Of a stretch of DNA of 64,000 nucleotides, positions 50,143 through 62,112 are shown one piece after another (position 1 is the stretch's first letter; the number at the start of each line of letters is the position of its first letter). A model generated the notes under the pieces. The model saw only the letters and a list, made by a program, of their open reading frames with translations, made no database searches and was not told where the DNA came from. Made by a program: the position numbers and the translations under genes. Source of the DNA: Minutocellus sp. GHC0000111 (lineage: Eukaryota); contig OZ361260.1 in the NCBI GenBank assembly GCA_977018835.1, forward strand, positions 496,001-560,000. The letters run 5' to 3'.

Positions 50143-50610
50143 TGGCAATAGAACCAGGTGAGGAAAGCGGTGTGATCTCACCAATGATTTTGAATGTTGC
50201 TTTTGCTTCATGTCATTGGGATTTATTTGTACCTTGTCCGCTTTGTTCCTCAAAAGATAACCAAAGCGTGGAGCAGCACAAGAGACACATTTAAATTTTG
50301 TGTGTGTATCATTGTGCCCCAAAGGCCCCCAAAGCCCCCCAAAGGCCACTCCAGCCTACCAAGCCAATCGATAACTGATCTCATAGCAGCAAGATCTCTA
50401 GCTAGATCTCACATCGTTTCTCGTGTCAGCTTGGTGCCGCCGCGCGAGTAGCCGTTTTGAGATTTGACGACGGACAGACCATTTCTTTGGCGAAATCGAA
50501 AGGCCAACGGTGGCAAGGCAGCCACATAGCAGCTACACATGTATTTGAGACAATGATACACCTATCCAATATAGATCTACCTATCCATTATATTCTCATA
50601 AAACGGCGGC

Positions 50611-53111
50611 CTATAAACGAAACGTAATATTATACTCAATGCCATAATGGTCAAAATCGTCGAATGTAGAAAATTCCACCCGAAGTTGATAGATGCCCGA
50701 CTTCATTATGTAAGGAGGCTCCACCTCATATGTTGGTAACACGGGGCTGGTAGAGCATTCAATGCCAATGGCCTGGCTCGTGCTAGATGCCATACGCACC
50801 CCATCAATAAACAGAACCATACTCTTCATAGCCAGAGTCCAAACTTTCACCAAACCCCCCTAGAGTGTAACTCAAGGCAAGCCTCTTCCCTTCTGGAACA
50901 AAGATTCTTGCCGATGCCGTGCCTTTCTGTTCGTTGACATTGGTTCCTTCAAAACAATTCTCTGACTTTTCCGCAACAAAGCTTAGAGTGAGACCTTTGT
51001 CACTGATATGCCATCCAAACCGATCGTCCTTGAGAAGACCGCTTTGAGTTGTGGTCCACGAAATCAGGTCGGGGGCAACGGTCGGAATTTGACTTGGCTC
51101 GAAGCTCTTTGTGGGAGATGCGCTGGGCTTTGCAGAGGGCACCTTTGTCGGAAAAGGGCTCGGCGGAGCCGATGGAAGACTGCTAGAAACCAGGGTCGGA
51201 GCTACGTGTAATGGGCGAGCGCAAAGAGTTGGCGTAAGAAGATGAATACGATCGAAAGATCATTATGATATGACAATTAAAAAATGAACATAAAAAACAA
51301 TCTACGTAGCTACACAACGTACAAGGGGTCGGATGAAACGTTGGCGAGGGCGAGGGCAAGGGAGTTGGCGCTTTTGTAGGAGCTGAAGATAAAAATGACG
51401 GAAAGGAATAAGAAATCAAAAATTTATTGTATGCAGGTGAGCCGACGAATTCAAAATAAAATTGGTGGTTGGTTTCAGACACTGAACTCACATTGTGTTG
51501 GATGCGATGTCGGCGATACAGAAGGCCTCGAAGACGGTGCTATAGTTGGATGCATCGTAGGGCTCCGAGAGGGAGTCTTGGAGGGGGCTAAAAGAAAGAG
51601 AGAGAGGCGAGGATTGGAAGTGGTGAGACCCAAGATATATATTGAGAGACAATGACCAAACTTTCATAATTACAATCGTGCAACTCACAGTGGGTCGGAT
51701 TTAAAGTTGGCAAAGAGGACGGCATGCGGCTTGGTTCCCCGGATGGATTCGCTGATGGGCTGCTGGTGGGTGCATTGGATGGAGCTGATAAAGAAAATAC
51801 ATGAAGGTACGAGAGAGGATTTGTGAGTTGCGACAGATTGATGATATAAAAAGGAAGAGAAGAACAGGAACAGGCCAACTCACCGCTCGTTGGCTCCATT
51901 GACGGCGACACTGATGGCGCAGTACTTGGTTCTCCCGTTGGGTGCACTGAAGGTTTACTGGACGGCACACCAGACGGGGCTAAATAAACACAAAAGGGAA
52001 GATGCAAACAAGGAAATTAGATGAGGAAAAGTCAAAGTCGCTGAGCATCAATGGAAAATAGCCACAAATAGCGCGACTCACACTGCGATGGACGCGCCGA
52101 AGGTTTCGCTGACGGTTCAAAGCTAATGCTCGGCGACGACGATGGCATCCCAGTCGGCCTCTCGCTGGGCATCGCACTTGGACTGGCGCTAGGGGATACG
52201 GAGAACGTCCCACATTCAATGCCACATGAACACGGGCAGCTTTCGACGAGGTCCAGGATTTCCTCATCCGTATAGCCAACGTGCCCGAACGCCGTACAGT
52301 CCAGTGTGGTATGGCGCCAGCACGGAACTCTCATCTTGCTGTGATAGTAAGGATTGTCCTGGCAGGTGCTGGACCAGCCTGGGTAGCATGATCGCTGGCG
52401 CTGGAGCTGCCGTTGCCGATCATTGCGACGACCACGAATGTTGTTGTTGTCGCCATATCCGTCATCACCGCCATCCCCAAAGGTCAGTGAATGCAAGATA
52501 TCCACAACGTGATCGGGATCGTCGTCGGAAAGTCCAGCGTTATTGTTGGTGCCGTGAAGCAGATATGTGTTGGACGATCGACCATTTTCGTCAACGTCGT
52601 ACCAACAGGACGGCTCGTCGTCGTCTCCGGTGACAATGCCACAGCTACGAGGGCAGTGCCACTTCAACGCCGCCACCTCATCCGGTGCAAAGCCAATGAT
52701 GGCGTAGGCGTCGCAGGGGCTGCTCCCCACCTCCAAAGTTTGGCTGGAATCGAACCACTCGACGTGCTCCGAGCAGGAAAGACCCAATCGACTTTCATAC
52801 GATGGGTTGTCACGGTCACATTTCCTCGCGGGGATGACTACTGCGGAAGCAGTAGAAATGCCCGCGGGTAAGCTTTCAGATGCCGAACTACTCGTACTCG
52901 TATCTTCCACTTTCTGCATCTGTAGAGGAGGGATGAGCTCCAGCTCGGAGGCTGCTGCTCGGCATGTGTTTGAAGACGTCGAAGCGACGGCGAGGGCACC
53001 AGCGGCGATCAGGAGCGAGCGGTTGGTAGCGACCATAATCCCAGTCCTTGGCCGCTTCCTACCACTGCCATCGCAGCTGCCGCCGCTTCCACCGTTCGTT
53101 TCTCTCGTCAT
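50611..53111 (-). CDS. Secreted/surface protein with two ShK-like Cys domains, a PS/PT tetrapeptide stalk and a C-terminal beta domain; exons 53111-52082, 51979-51884, 51784-51689, 51587-51492, 51382-51323, 51201-50611; frameshift at ~50824
   Basis: CDRDNPSY..C...CPRSCG and CQDNPYY..C...CPCSCG domains; five phase-1 GT-AG introns join the PSxx repeats in frame. Confidence 0.8.
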
Positions 53112-53442
53112 GGTTGTTGGGGTAAAGTAAGGACCAACTTTTTGGCGGGTTTTGGCACAGAGTGGCGTCGTTTGTCTCGACCCAAGATTTACTTGGTCTG
53201 GCTTGCTCGCGCGGTAAAACCGCACACACTACCAACGGATCGGAACAGATTAGCTCGCTCGGCCTGCACGCCAGCGCCCACAGATCGAAAGGTCGAAAGG
53301 GCCAAGGAAGCAAGCTGGGGTCGGTACGTACCCGGCATTGTTCGAGGCGCTGAAGTGACCAAGCGCAAGGGACCAAGCCATTTGGAGTCGGCGGAGGGAC
53401 GCTGTCGCACTTTCATTGGCTGTCTGCCGTTTAATAGCAAAA

Positions 53443-55895
53443 ATGACACATGATATGCTGCCCCGGCATGCTGCTGCATATGCTGCTGCTGCCACTGCCG
53501 ACGAGTTGGACTTGTCGGCATGCTTGGCTCCGTCATGCGCATCATCGGTATCATCCACCAGCACCAGACGATCGACATCATCCGTTGCCTCCCTGATGCA
53601 GTTGGCTGCTGCGTTTGGCTGCGGTATCCTTGTGGCCAATATGGGTGGCGGCGATCAGCCAGCGGCGGCTGTTCGAGGACAGGAGGGACAAAGGGAGCCT
53701 TCTACTACTGCTGCTCATGCTGCTGCCACGTCCAACGAAGGGGAGGCGGAAACCAACCGTCGTTTGCAAACCGGAGAGAGCTGCGCCACCAACTTTGGCC
53801 GCGAATCCAGCGATCGGTCCCCTTGGGACCGTCTGTCGTCCAGTGAAAATCTCTGGTCTCCCAGGCGCTTCAATCGGGCCTCAATCTCGACATGTACGAT
53901 AATGATCCATTCGAGATCGATGCCGTTCGAGCCTACGACGTCGACGAGCCCGACAAGGCGGCGATGCTGGAGTATCTGGACAACGAAGGGCCGGAACCTC
54001 CTAGATATGCGCGAGCATGGGTCTACCATGGGGCTGGGGATGACGACTTTATGATGGAATATAGAGTCGGACCGATCGACGCCGCAGCGGGGACGGTGGG
54101 AGGCATCGAACCACTGACGGTGCCAGGCAACATCCCCGCCCGGACCATGATGATGGACTACAAGCAAAGGCGGATGATCCGGAATGTTGTCAATGGATTC
54201 GTGTATCATCCCACCATGCAGCAGTTCCTAATCGATGCATTTGGTTCCACCAACACCATCGAGTGGAGCATGCACGAGAATGAATTGCAGGCAGATACCA
54301 TCCGATACGCCAACATTGCGTACCGACGCAAGACGTCGCTGCTGGACAACATCTTGGCCTATCCCCTCCCGTTGGAATTTCGTTTGGAAATGGATCCGAT
54401 CAATGATCGATCTCAGTGGAAAATCGTCAATGTGTTGTACCGTCACGAGTACTTTGCCACATCGACCGAATTCATCCGGGCGTTGGAGGCTGGCAGTGTG
54501 GCGGTTGTGCCGACGGAGCCCTTTTCGACGAACCCATTTTGGCAGACATTGAATCACAGACAGACCGGCCGTCCCAAAAACAATGCCGCTCCAGCCATCA
54601 ATGTCCAACCCACCAAACGATACACCGTCAAGGGAGGTCGAGTGGAATGGTTGGGATGGAGCTTTCACGTGAAGAATCGTCTCCGTACATCCATGGCTAT
54701 CCACGACGTTTCCTTCATGGGCGATCGCATCGCCTATGAATTAAGTTTGCAGGAACTTCAGGCAATCTATACCGGCCGCCAAGCGTACATGTCCAACAAA
54801 TACCTGTTTGACAGTGTCTTCAGATACGGCGCACTCAATCGAGAGCTCAAGGCGGGAATTGATTGTCCTACCCAGGCGACATTTTTCGATAACATATGCG
54901 TCTTTGAACTGGACGCTGGCATTCCGCTGTGGCGCAAAGACCACCAGGGCAACAAATTTTATGCTGGCGCCAAAAGCACACAGCTCGTTGTTCGGTCGAT
55001 CTTCCCTGTGGGCAACTACGATTATCTGGTCGAAGCCAAATTTAGCCTAGATGGGAGCATTGGCATGGGCTTCTCGGCTACTGGGCAGCTTTACATGAGC
55101 TATTATGACGAGACGGAGGAGTCTTTTGGCACAATGGTGCACGACGAGGCACTGGCAAATGTTCATGCACACTTTGCTGCCTTCAAGGTTGATCTTGATA
55201 TTTTGGGGCAGAACAATTGTGTCGAGAAGACTTCGGTGAAATACGGACCTCGAACAGAGATTCCAGGAACAGAAACGGACCACCCCGATCTCCATGTGCC
55301 CGAGAAGAATATGTACATTCATCGCACCATCGTCGAGACGGAGGACGAGGCCAGGGTGAAGGTTAATAATCAAGCCCCCGTTCAATGGAAGGTCGCGAGC
55401 TGCAGTGAGATGAATCAATGGGGATACCACAAGGGCTACGACATTATACATCCCAACACCCCCCTCGGCATTATGGACGAACCATCGTTCAACGATTATC
55501 ACATGATATTTTCCCAGAGGAAGGAACACGATGAGGAGTTCTTAACAACTCCGGTCGACTTTTTGACCATCAATGAGCCCGTCCTTCCCATTGTTGAAGT
55601 CAACAGAACCGTCGATGGGTCGACAGCCACCGGCATCTCCAATGGCGAATCATTGGAGAACGTTGATGTGGTCACTTGGATATCGCTCGGTTTCTACCAC
55701 GTCCCACGAGCGGAAGATAATCCAGTCACCAACATCGTCTCATCGCACTTTCGGTTGACACCAAACAATTACTTTGATGAAAATCCCTCGATTGATCTTG
55801 GTCAAACAGAGCGGGTACAACAGAGGCCAGAAGGTGGAGCGCACTCCCTCAGGGCAATGTTCTATTGGGCTTTAAAATTAATTAAAAGTAGATAG
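53443..55895 (+). CDS. Copper-containing amine oxidase, frameshifted at A4 run ~53846-53849
   Basis: TPQ motif GNYDY, Cu ligands VHAH and FYHVPRAED. The N-terminal anchor and SPWDRLS lie in the upstream frame. Confidence 0.9.
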
Positions 55896-56101
55896 GGGAG
55901 ATGTAATTAGATGCATACAATCAATCGGCCATTTATTTAGACAATAGTGTGAGTAGATCTGGCTCAGTTGTTGTGACGTATTTCGCCGACTTCACCGACG
56001 AAGAACACCCTCGCCTCGCTCCATGTTGCAATGTGTCCATGTGCATCACGTGCACAACATCTCCACCCATCACTGCGCCACTGCCCAGTCATTTATCAGC
56101 C

Positions 56102-57664
56102 ATGATCCCGGCTCTCGCTGTTTGCCTGGCGCTTAGTTGTACCGTGTTGGTGCTCCTTGCCAGGGCATCTGCGCAACGAGCAAAGAAAGGCATCGAGGGG
56201 CTGCCAGAAGTTCCTAATGCTCACTGGCTATTCGGTCACTTCAACATCTTCAAGCGCATCCTGAATAGCGCAGAATTCGGCGACGCCCAACGCATCCTGG
56301 CGTACGACTACGCCAATAGCGACGGTGTGTGCACCTTTCGCATGTTTGGGAAGCAATGGGTGTCCTTCACTAAACCAGAAAGCGTAAGGAAGGTGCTAAC
56401 GCTCGCCCATCACCGAGATACCTCCAAACCTCAGACTAGACATGGAGCGCGCTTGTTCGGTCGACGGAACCTTGTTTCCATGCGCGGAAGGGAGTGGCGT
56501 TTCTGGCGTACTGCTGTTCATCGCGCCTTCACGCCAGCGACACTGAAAGGAATGCAAGCGAGGATGGCGGCAGTTGCATCAACCCTGGTCGAATCGATTG
56601 CAAAACGGATTGATGACGAACAACAAAGTTCCTCGCCCACTTGGATGGATGCCGAAGAGCTGATGAAGATGGTCACCCTCGACACATTCGGATTGACTGC
56701 CTTGGGCGTTGATTTTCGATCTTGCCGAAATTTAAACCCTTCACCGGTCGCCACTGCTTTCGATTTCCTCTCGAGTGAGTTGATGCGACGAATGAAGACA
56801 ATGTATCTTCCGACGTCTCACTTATACTCTCTCCCGACCGAAGCAAATCGGAGACACAAACGAGAAAGTGCGGTGATAAGAAGTGTCCTTGACGAAGCAG
56901 TTAAGCGTCGGCGAGAACAAGCGACACAAACAAGCGACGAAACAGAAGATGATTTGCTGGCCCATCTTTTTCGCGCAGTGGATAGCGCCGGCACAAAGAC
57001 TGAGTTCGATTTATCTGATGAGATCTTTAGCGACATGCTCATGGGTTTGCTATTTGCTGGATACGAAACCACAAGCATAACCTTGACATATTGCTTGTAT
57101 TGCCTAGCGAAGAATCCTGACGTTGAGCAGCGGGCATTGGAGGAGATTAATTCAGTACTTGAACAGACCCCTGGCGATAATGACGAGCCTACAAACCCAA
57201 TCGATCCAGACCAGCTCTCCTATTGCCGGGCAATCATAATGGAAACATTAAGGATGTACCCGCCAGTTATCCTCACCTTCCGGACACTGGAGGAGCCAAT
57301 GAAAATATCTGGATGTGTAATTCCAGCAGGAACTCAAGTCTTTATTCCAATTTGGGCAATTCAGAGGGATAGTCATACATTTCCGAAGCCACTGGAATTT
57401 ATTCCTGAACGTTGGGATGATAATATGAGTGCTGAGTGCGATGTCCCGCCTGGAGATCGTAACGGCTTTCTATGCTTCTCTGGAGGTGCACGCTCATGTA
57501 TAGGAAGAAAATTTGCAATGCAAGAAGCGGTCATCATACTTGCTCAGTTGCTCCGAAATCTGAAGTTCGAGGTAGACGATGACTATGTCGTGGAACCTTT
57601 CAGGGCAGGCCTCATCCAAACCCCTCGAGGCGGAATGCCCATGAAGATTAGTCGTCGTTCTTAG
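56102..57664 (+). CDS. Cytochrome P450 (intronless, membrane-anchored)
   Basis: AGYETT, ETLR, PERW and FSGGARSCIG heme motif. Confidence 0.96.
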   Translation: MIPALAVCLALSCTVLVLLARASAQRAKKGIEGLPEVPNAHWLFGHFNIFKRILNSAEFGDAQRILAYDYANSDGVCTFRMFGKQWVSFTKPESVRKVLTLAHHRDTSKPQTRHGARLFGRRNLVSMRGREWRFWRTAVHRAFTPATLKGMQARMAAVASTLVESIAKRIDDEQQSSSPTWMDAEELMKMVTLDTFGLTALGVDFRSCRNLNPSPVATAFDFLSSELMRRMKTMYLPTSHLYSLPTEANRRHKRESAVIRSVLDEAVKRRREQATQTSDETEDDLLAHLFRAVDSAGTKTEFDLSDEIFSDMLMGLLFAGYETTSITLTYCLYCLAKNPDVEQRALEEINSVLEQTPGDNDEPTNPIDPDQLSYCRAIIMETLRMYPPVILTFRTLEEPMKISGCVIPAGTQVFIPIWAIQRDSHTFPKPLEFIPERWDDNMSAECDVPPGDRNGFLCFSGGARSCIGRKFAMQEAVIILAQLLRNLKFEVDDDYVVEPFRAGLIQTPRGGMPMKISRRS

Positions 57665-57838
57665 GAATGTTTTTGTTTTATTAGAACTTTTCCATGTGTA
57701 CCTAGGTATGTTCTGTAGTTTGTCCATCGCTTCTTTTTTAAAGGAGATAAAATAAATGAGTTCGATCACAGCATTTTAGAATGTGTAAACCAGCACTATG
57801 ACTCTATTACGAGTATAGTAGTACTTATCCACACTATG

Positions 57839-60268
57839 TTATCTGAAGCCGCCGGGAAATGGAGCTAATGTTAGCCCCGAGAGACACAATAAAAATGTCA
57901 AAAGCCACAACCGGATAGATCCGACTCCGGTGACTTCGTCAGAGCAAAGAATTTCTGCTTTGCGATGGTATAGCAAAATCAGAAAGGCACTAAATTTGGA
58001 CACTGTTGTACTCCCATTAGCTGCACTGATGAAGAGAATCAACAGCGACAGGAATGAGGCAAGAGCTGCATTGCGCCGACCAAAAGCCGCTAACATGGCC
58101 CTGCCGCCATCGAGCCGACCAATAGGTAAGAGAGATATAGCTGAAAAAGTAAGGCCACTCATGCCAGCAAGAAACAAGGGATGGACGGACACGGGCTGAG
58201 ATAGTGGCTGCATCAGTAACTTGGGACACATTTTCATTGTGATGAGGGATATGAGAAAACTTCTTTTGCAAACTACACCCGCCGGGATCGCTGGCATTCT
58301 TGTCAAAGTAGGAGGCGTTGCAGTGACTGTAAGATGAAGCCCTCCAATGATCATAAACAAAGAAAGCAGAACCGTGGCGACAGGACCACTTAGTGCCACA
58401 TCGAGCAAATCCTTTCTTGTCTTTGGAAATGATCGCAGTTGTATCCTGCTACCAAGAGTGCCAAATCGTAATGACGGCATCGGTATTGGTAAACCACGCG
58501 AGATTCCTCGGCGTTTCGCCATGGCATATCTTGCCGTTTCATAGATGACGAACAAAGATGCGATGCCTCCGCCCAATAGTGATAAACACGGCTTCAAGAC
58601 ACTCATACTTTTCCCCGTCGTCAAGCTTTCAAAAAAAGATCCGGTGTTCAATGCATGTGAAGAAATGGCGAAATTAATGGTAGTGTAGATTGTTGCGAGA
58701 GTCATCAGGATTTTTGTCGAGAGTCGATACTCGGTGCCTCGTATTGGTCGGATAGAAGATGGTACTGCTAAAACGGCAGGCGGCAACTCGCCTTGCTCAT
58801 CACGCCTTTCTTCAGGATCTTGTAAAAGGAATAATTGCAGGCGACCATAGAGTTCGGTCTTGGCAAAACGGGATTGAATGGCCTGAAATGCCGACGAACT
58901 GATGCGATCGTTCTCCAAGCTTGAAACGCTAAACTGGGGGAGGGTATGGTTGACCTTCTGTAACGCAGCCGCCTTCCGTTTTGCAGCCTCCATGCTTTCG
59001 AGTTGTCTCCGCTCAACAAAATTACCCCTGAAAATTGTTGCATAACCGCAAGATTCCCACCCAGTGCAAAAGAATGGAGATCCTGCAAGTACTTCTTCTC
59101 GGAGCTGTTGTGTGTCGTTCTTATTGATTGGCTTCCGATGTAGGAGAAGGAACGGTACTATCGCATTTGGCAGCCAGTTTGGCACTTCGACAAAATCTTT
59201 AATCGCGGCGAGAAGTGTTGAATTGCCCACTCCGGTATTGTTTCTCTGTAGGGTTGTAAGAGTGGCATTGGAACCCCGCCGGATCAATTCCAGACGCTTT
59301 GAAAACAAGGCGAAATTGCGCTTGGAGACTTCTTCGTCGGCTCTGCGCAATTCCTTCAATCTGGTTCGAAGCTTCGGTGCAGCAGCAGTGCTACCTGCGA
59401 GGGCAAACCTATTCCGAGACCCCGGCGTTTTATTTTCACATTGGGCCGAAATACCAACGTCACTTGGTGGAGGCTTGGACGATGGCCTTTGAGCACCAGT
59501 AGCTTCATCGTACTCCGAGCCCGTGCCCCCTTCTTCGATTATTTCAATAGCATCAATCAGTGCCTGAGCAAGACCACCCAAGCCAGCGCCCAAGGCCACC
59601 TTCTGAGCATCATCTTGGCTGAAATTTGCTTTCGTCCCTCCTATAGCCGTGGGTCCCATCCAGTTGCCAGCGTCTGTGGCTACGTTCTCCCGCTCATGTA
59701 TCCTCTCGACAATCCTCAATAACTTGGTAGATGAGAGAGGTTCCGGGTACGATTGCAACATCTTGACGATTGCATCGACACGTTTCATTTTAAAGACTTC
59801 GTCTGAGCCATCTGGAAGCATCCCGCCATTCTCCTTGGCGCCCAACAGCACCAGTTCGGTCTGATTGACCGCTGCAGCCGCCACCAGCTCATCGATGAAT
59901 ATATCCATCTCTGCATCTCTTTCTTGTTTGCGTGCGTTGCTTTCGTCGCGAAGCTTGCGTTCCGCCGCCTCGGCCTCCGCCTTGAGGGCCCGGGCCCTCC
60001 GACGCAGTTCCTGAGCCTGCTCAATTGTTGTGATCTCAATGTCTTCAACGTTATCGACGTCATCCTTCTTTATTTGTCGTCTGGTAATTGATGGAGATTG
60101 ATGATGGTGACGACGATGGTGCCCTCCAGATGCGGGAATGCCGCTGGTTCTACGAGTACTGCAGCCGATACTCGCTGGAGAAAATGCACAGACGCCACAC
60201 TCATTTACAGCGAACGACACAAATGCAAACGCCACCGCCGCCGCGGCAATGGCGTGAAACCCCTTCAT
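57839..60268 (-). CDS. Plastid-targeted EGY-like M50 family protein, probably catalytically dead
   Basis: Signal peptide ending VCA|F then a transit-like region; LPIPMPS..GTLG, DVALSGP and LLPIGRLDGGR motifs; the HExxH position reads YETAR. Confidence 0.8.
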   Translation of the reverse strand: MKGFHAIAAAAVAFAFVSFAVNECGVCAFSPASIGCSTRRTSGIPASGGHHRRHHHQSPSITRRQIKKDDVDNVEDIEITTIEQAQELRRRARALKAEAEAAERKLRDESNARKQERDAEMDIFIDELVAAAAVNQTELVLLGAKENGGMLPDGSDEVFKMKRVDAIVKMLQSYPEPLSSTKLLRIVERIHERENVATDAGNWMGPTAIGGTKANFSQDDAQKVALGAGLGGLAQALIDAIEIIEEGGTGSEYDEATGAQRPSSKPPPSDVGISAQCENKTPGSRNRFALAGSTAAAPKLRTRLKELRRADEEVSKRNFALFSKRLELIRRGSNATLTTLQRNNTGVGNSTLLAAIKDFVEVPNWLPNAIVPFLLLHRKPINKNDTQQLREEVLAGSPFFCTGWESCGYATIFRGNFVERRQLESMEAAKRKAAALQKVNHTLPQFSVSSLENDRISSSAFQAIQSRFAKTELYGRLQLFLLQDPEERRDEQGELPPAVLAVPSSIRPIRGTEYRLSTKILMTLATIYTTINFAISSHALNTGSFFESLTTGKSMSVLKPCLSLLGGGIASLFVIYETARYAMAKRRGISRGLPIPMPSLRFGTLGSRIQLRSFPKTRKDLLDVALSGPVATVLLSLFMIIGGLHLTVTATPPTLTRMPAIPAGVVCKRSFLISLITMKMCPKLLMQPLSQPVSVHPLFLAGMSGLTFSAISLLPIGRLDGGRAMLAAFGRRNAALASFLSLLILFISAANGSTTVSKFSAFLILLYHRKAEILCSDEVTGVGSIRLWLLTFLLCLSGLTLAPFPGGFR

Positions 60269-60412
60269 GGTGGTGCCCTTCACGCTGGATGTATGGCCGA
60301 CCCTTGCCTCTGACCTCGTATCTTGCCGATGCCGCGATGCCCACGCCTCGTTCTCGTCCGTCCGCCACCCGGATCTGAAACCTGCCTCATTCCTCATTCT
60401 TCACGGCCCGAG

Positions 60413-62000
60413 ATGGGGATCGGGACGGCGCTCGGAGCGCCGCTTGCCGCTCTTCTGCTCCTTGTTCTTCCACCGAACGCCGATGCCATGGTTCTTTCGT
60501 CGATACCTCGTCGTATCCCCTGCCTGGGTTTGCAGCGCCTTACAGCAGCGACCGGCACATCCTTTTCATGCACAAACTGGCGGCACCATCCTGCTCATCA
60601 GCATCGGCACCGACGTGCTTCTTCTGCTTCAGCGGTAGCGGCTAGTCATGCCTCCCAAATAACCTCGCCGCTCTCATCATTAGCATCAGAATGGACAACT
60701 ATGGATTGGCAGAGCGAAACGCGCGACCATAGTGGCATTCACGGTGGTGAAAATTCTGCATCTTATGAAGTGGCGACATTCTCGGATCTGCTACCAACAC
60801 CGTCACCACAACAACCATCTCCGGTCGAGAGGCTTCTTGTCAGAGACAGACTCGTTTATGTAAAACGCGATGATTTGCTCCGTCTGGCCGACTCTAACGT
60901 TAGTGGTAACAAGGCACGGAAATTCCTGTCGCTGAATGAATTTGCTGCAGAAAATTTTCCCGACGTTGTGGTCAGCTATGGTGGTCCCCAATCAAATGCA
61001 ATGCTGGCCTTGGCGGCGATTGTCCATTCCAAGAACGTAGATGATGGAACAGCAAAGAAGAAGCGTTTTATTTATTACACCAAAAAACTGCCAAGATACC
61101 TCCGGCAGCAGCCCAGCGGCAATTTTCTTCGGGCAAAGTCGCTTGGGATGAAATTGGTTGAGCTTCCTCACTGGAAATATGACGAATTGTTTGGAGGGGA
61201 ATCGGGGGGCAGTGCATCACCACCACCGGAACTGGAACCACCGCCGCTGGCGATAGACGACGACGTAGAAGCTGCGAGCGTCTCAGCACCTCTATCATGT
61301 CTGTGGGTGCCACAGGGTGGAGCCTGCGGTGTGGCATGCAGAGGTGCACGGGTCCAAGCAGAGGAAATCGTCGAGTTTTGGCATCAAAGTGGAAAGGGCT
61401 TGCCTCTAGCGGTGTGCTTACCTGGCGGTACGTGCACAACGGCGCTCCTTCTCCACCGCGAAATGAATGAGATACTGCATAGACGGCGACAGATCCACGA
61501 GGTACCTCTGGACATTCAAGTTGTAGTAATTCCTTGTGTTGGCGGCGACGAGTATGCACAACGTCAGATGAGTAGCCTCGACATGGCACTTGGTGGCGAC
61601 GGCAAGGACCTGCCAGAGATTTTGAGACCGATCCAACCGCAGGCGAAAGAGCAAACTTACAAGGGGAACAAGAATAAAATATTTCTCGCCACCAAAACGG
61701 ATCGATAGAAAGCCGAAGGGCTATTACCGCTTTGGGAACCCAGATATCGATCTTCTAGATACTTACAACGAAATGAAGGAGGAGTACGGAATACTTTTCG
61801 ATCTGTTGTATGGCGCCCCGGCCTGGACCATACTGCTGCAGCACTGGTCTGATAAAACAACACAGAGCAGCCATGGCGACGAAAGTCCTGTTGCCGGACG
61901 ACAGATAATGTATGTTCACAGCGGTGGTTTAGAAGGTATCTCCAGCCAAATGACAAGGTACAAACACAAAGGACTGATAGATCCGAACTCCATACAGTAG
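60413..62000 (+). CDS. PLP-dependent D-cysteine desulfhydrase/ACC deaminase-like protein, frameshifted at A4 run ~61676-61679
   Basis: YVKRDDL, SGNKARK, SYGGPQSN, VPQGG and PGGTCTT in the first frame; YYRFG, FDLLYG and YVHSGGLEG in the second. Confidence 0.87.
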
Positions 62001-62112
62001 CAGAGACGCCTTTAAATAGCAATACTAGACTAGCGAGTTTATATAACATGTGTCATATGTGGTCTTAATCGTTTATGTGCAATGTGTATAAAATAAGTGA
62101 GTCAATGAAAGT

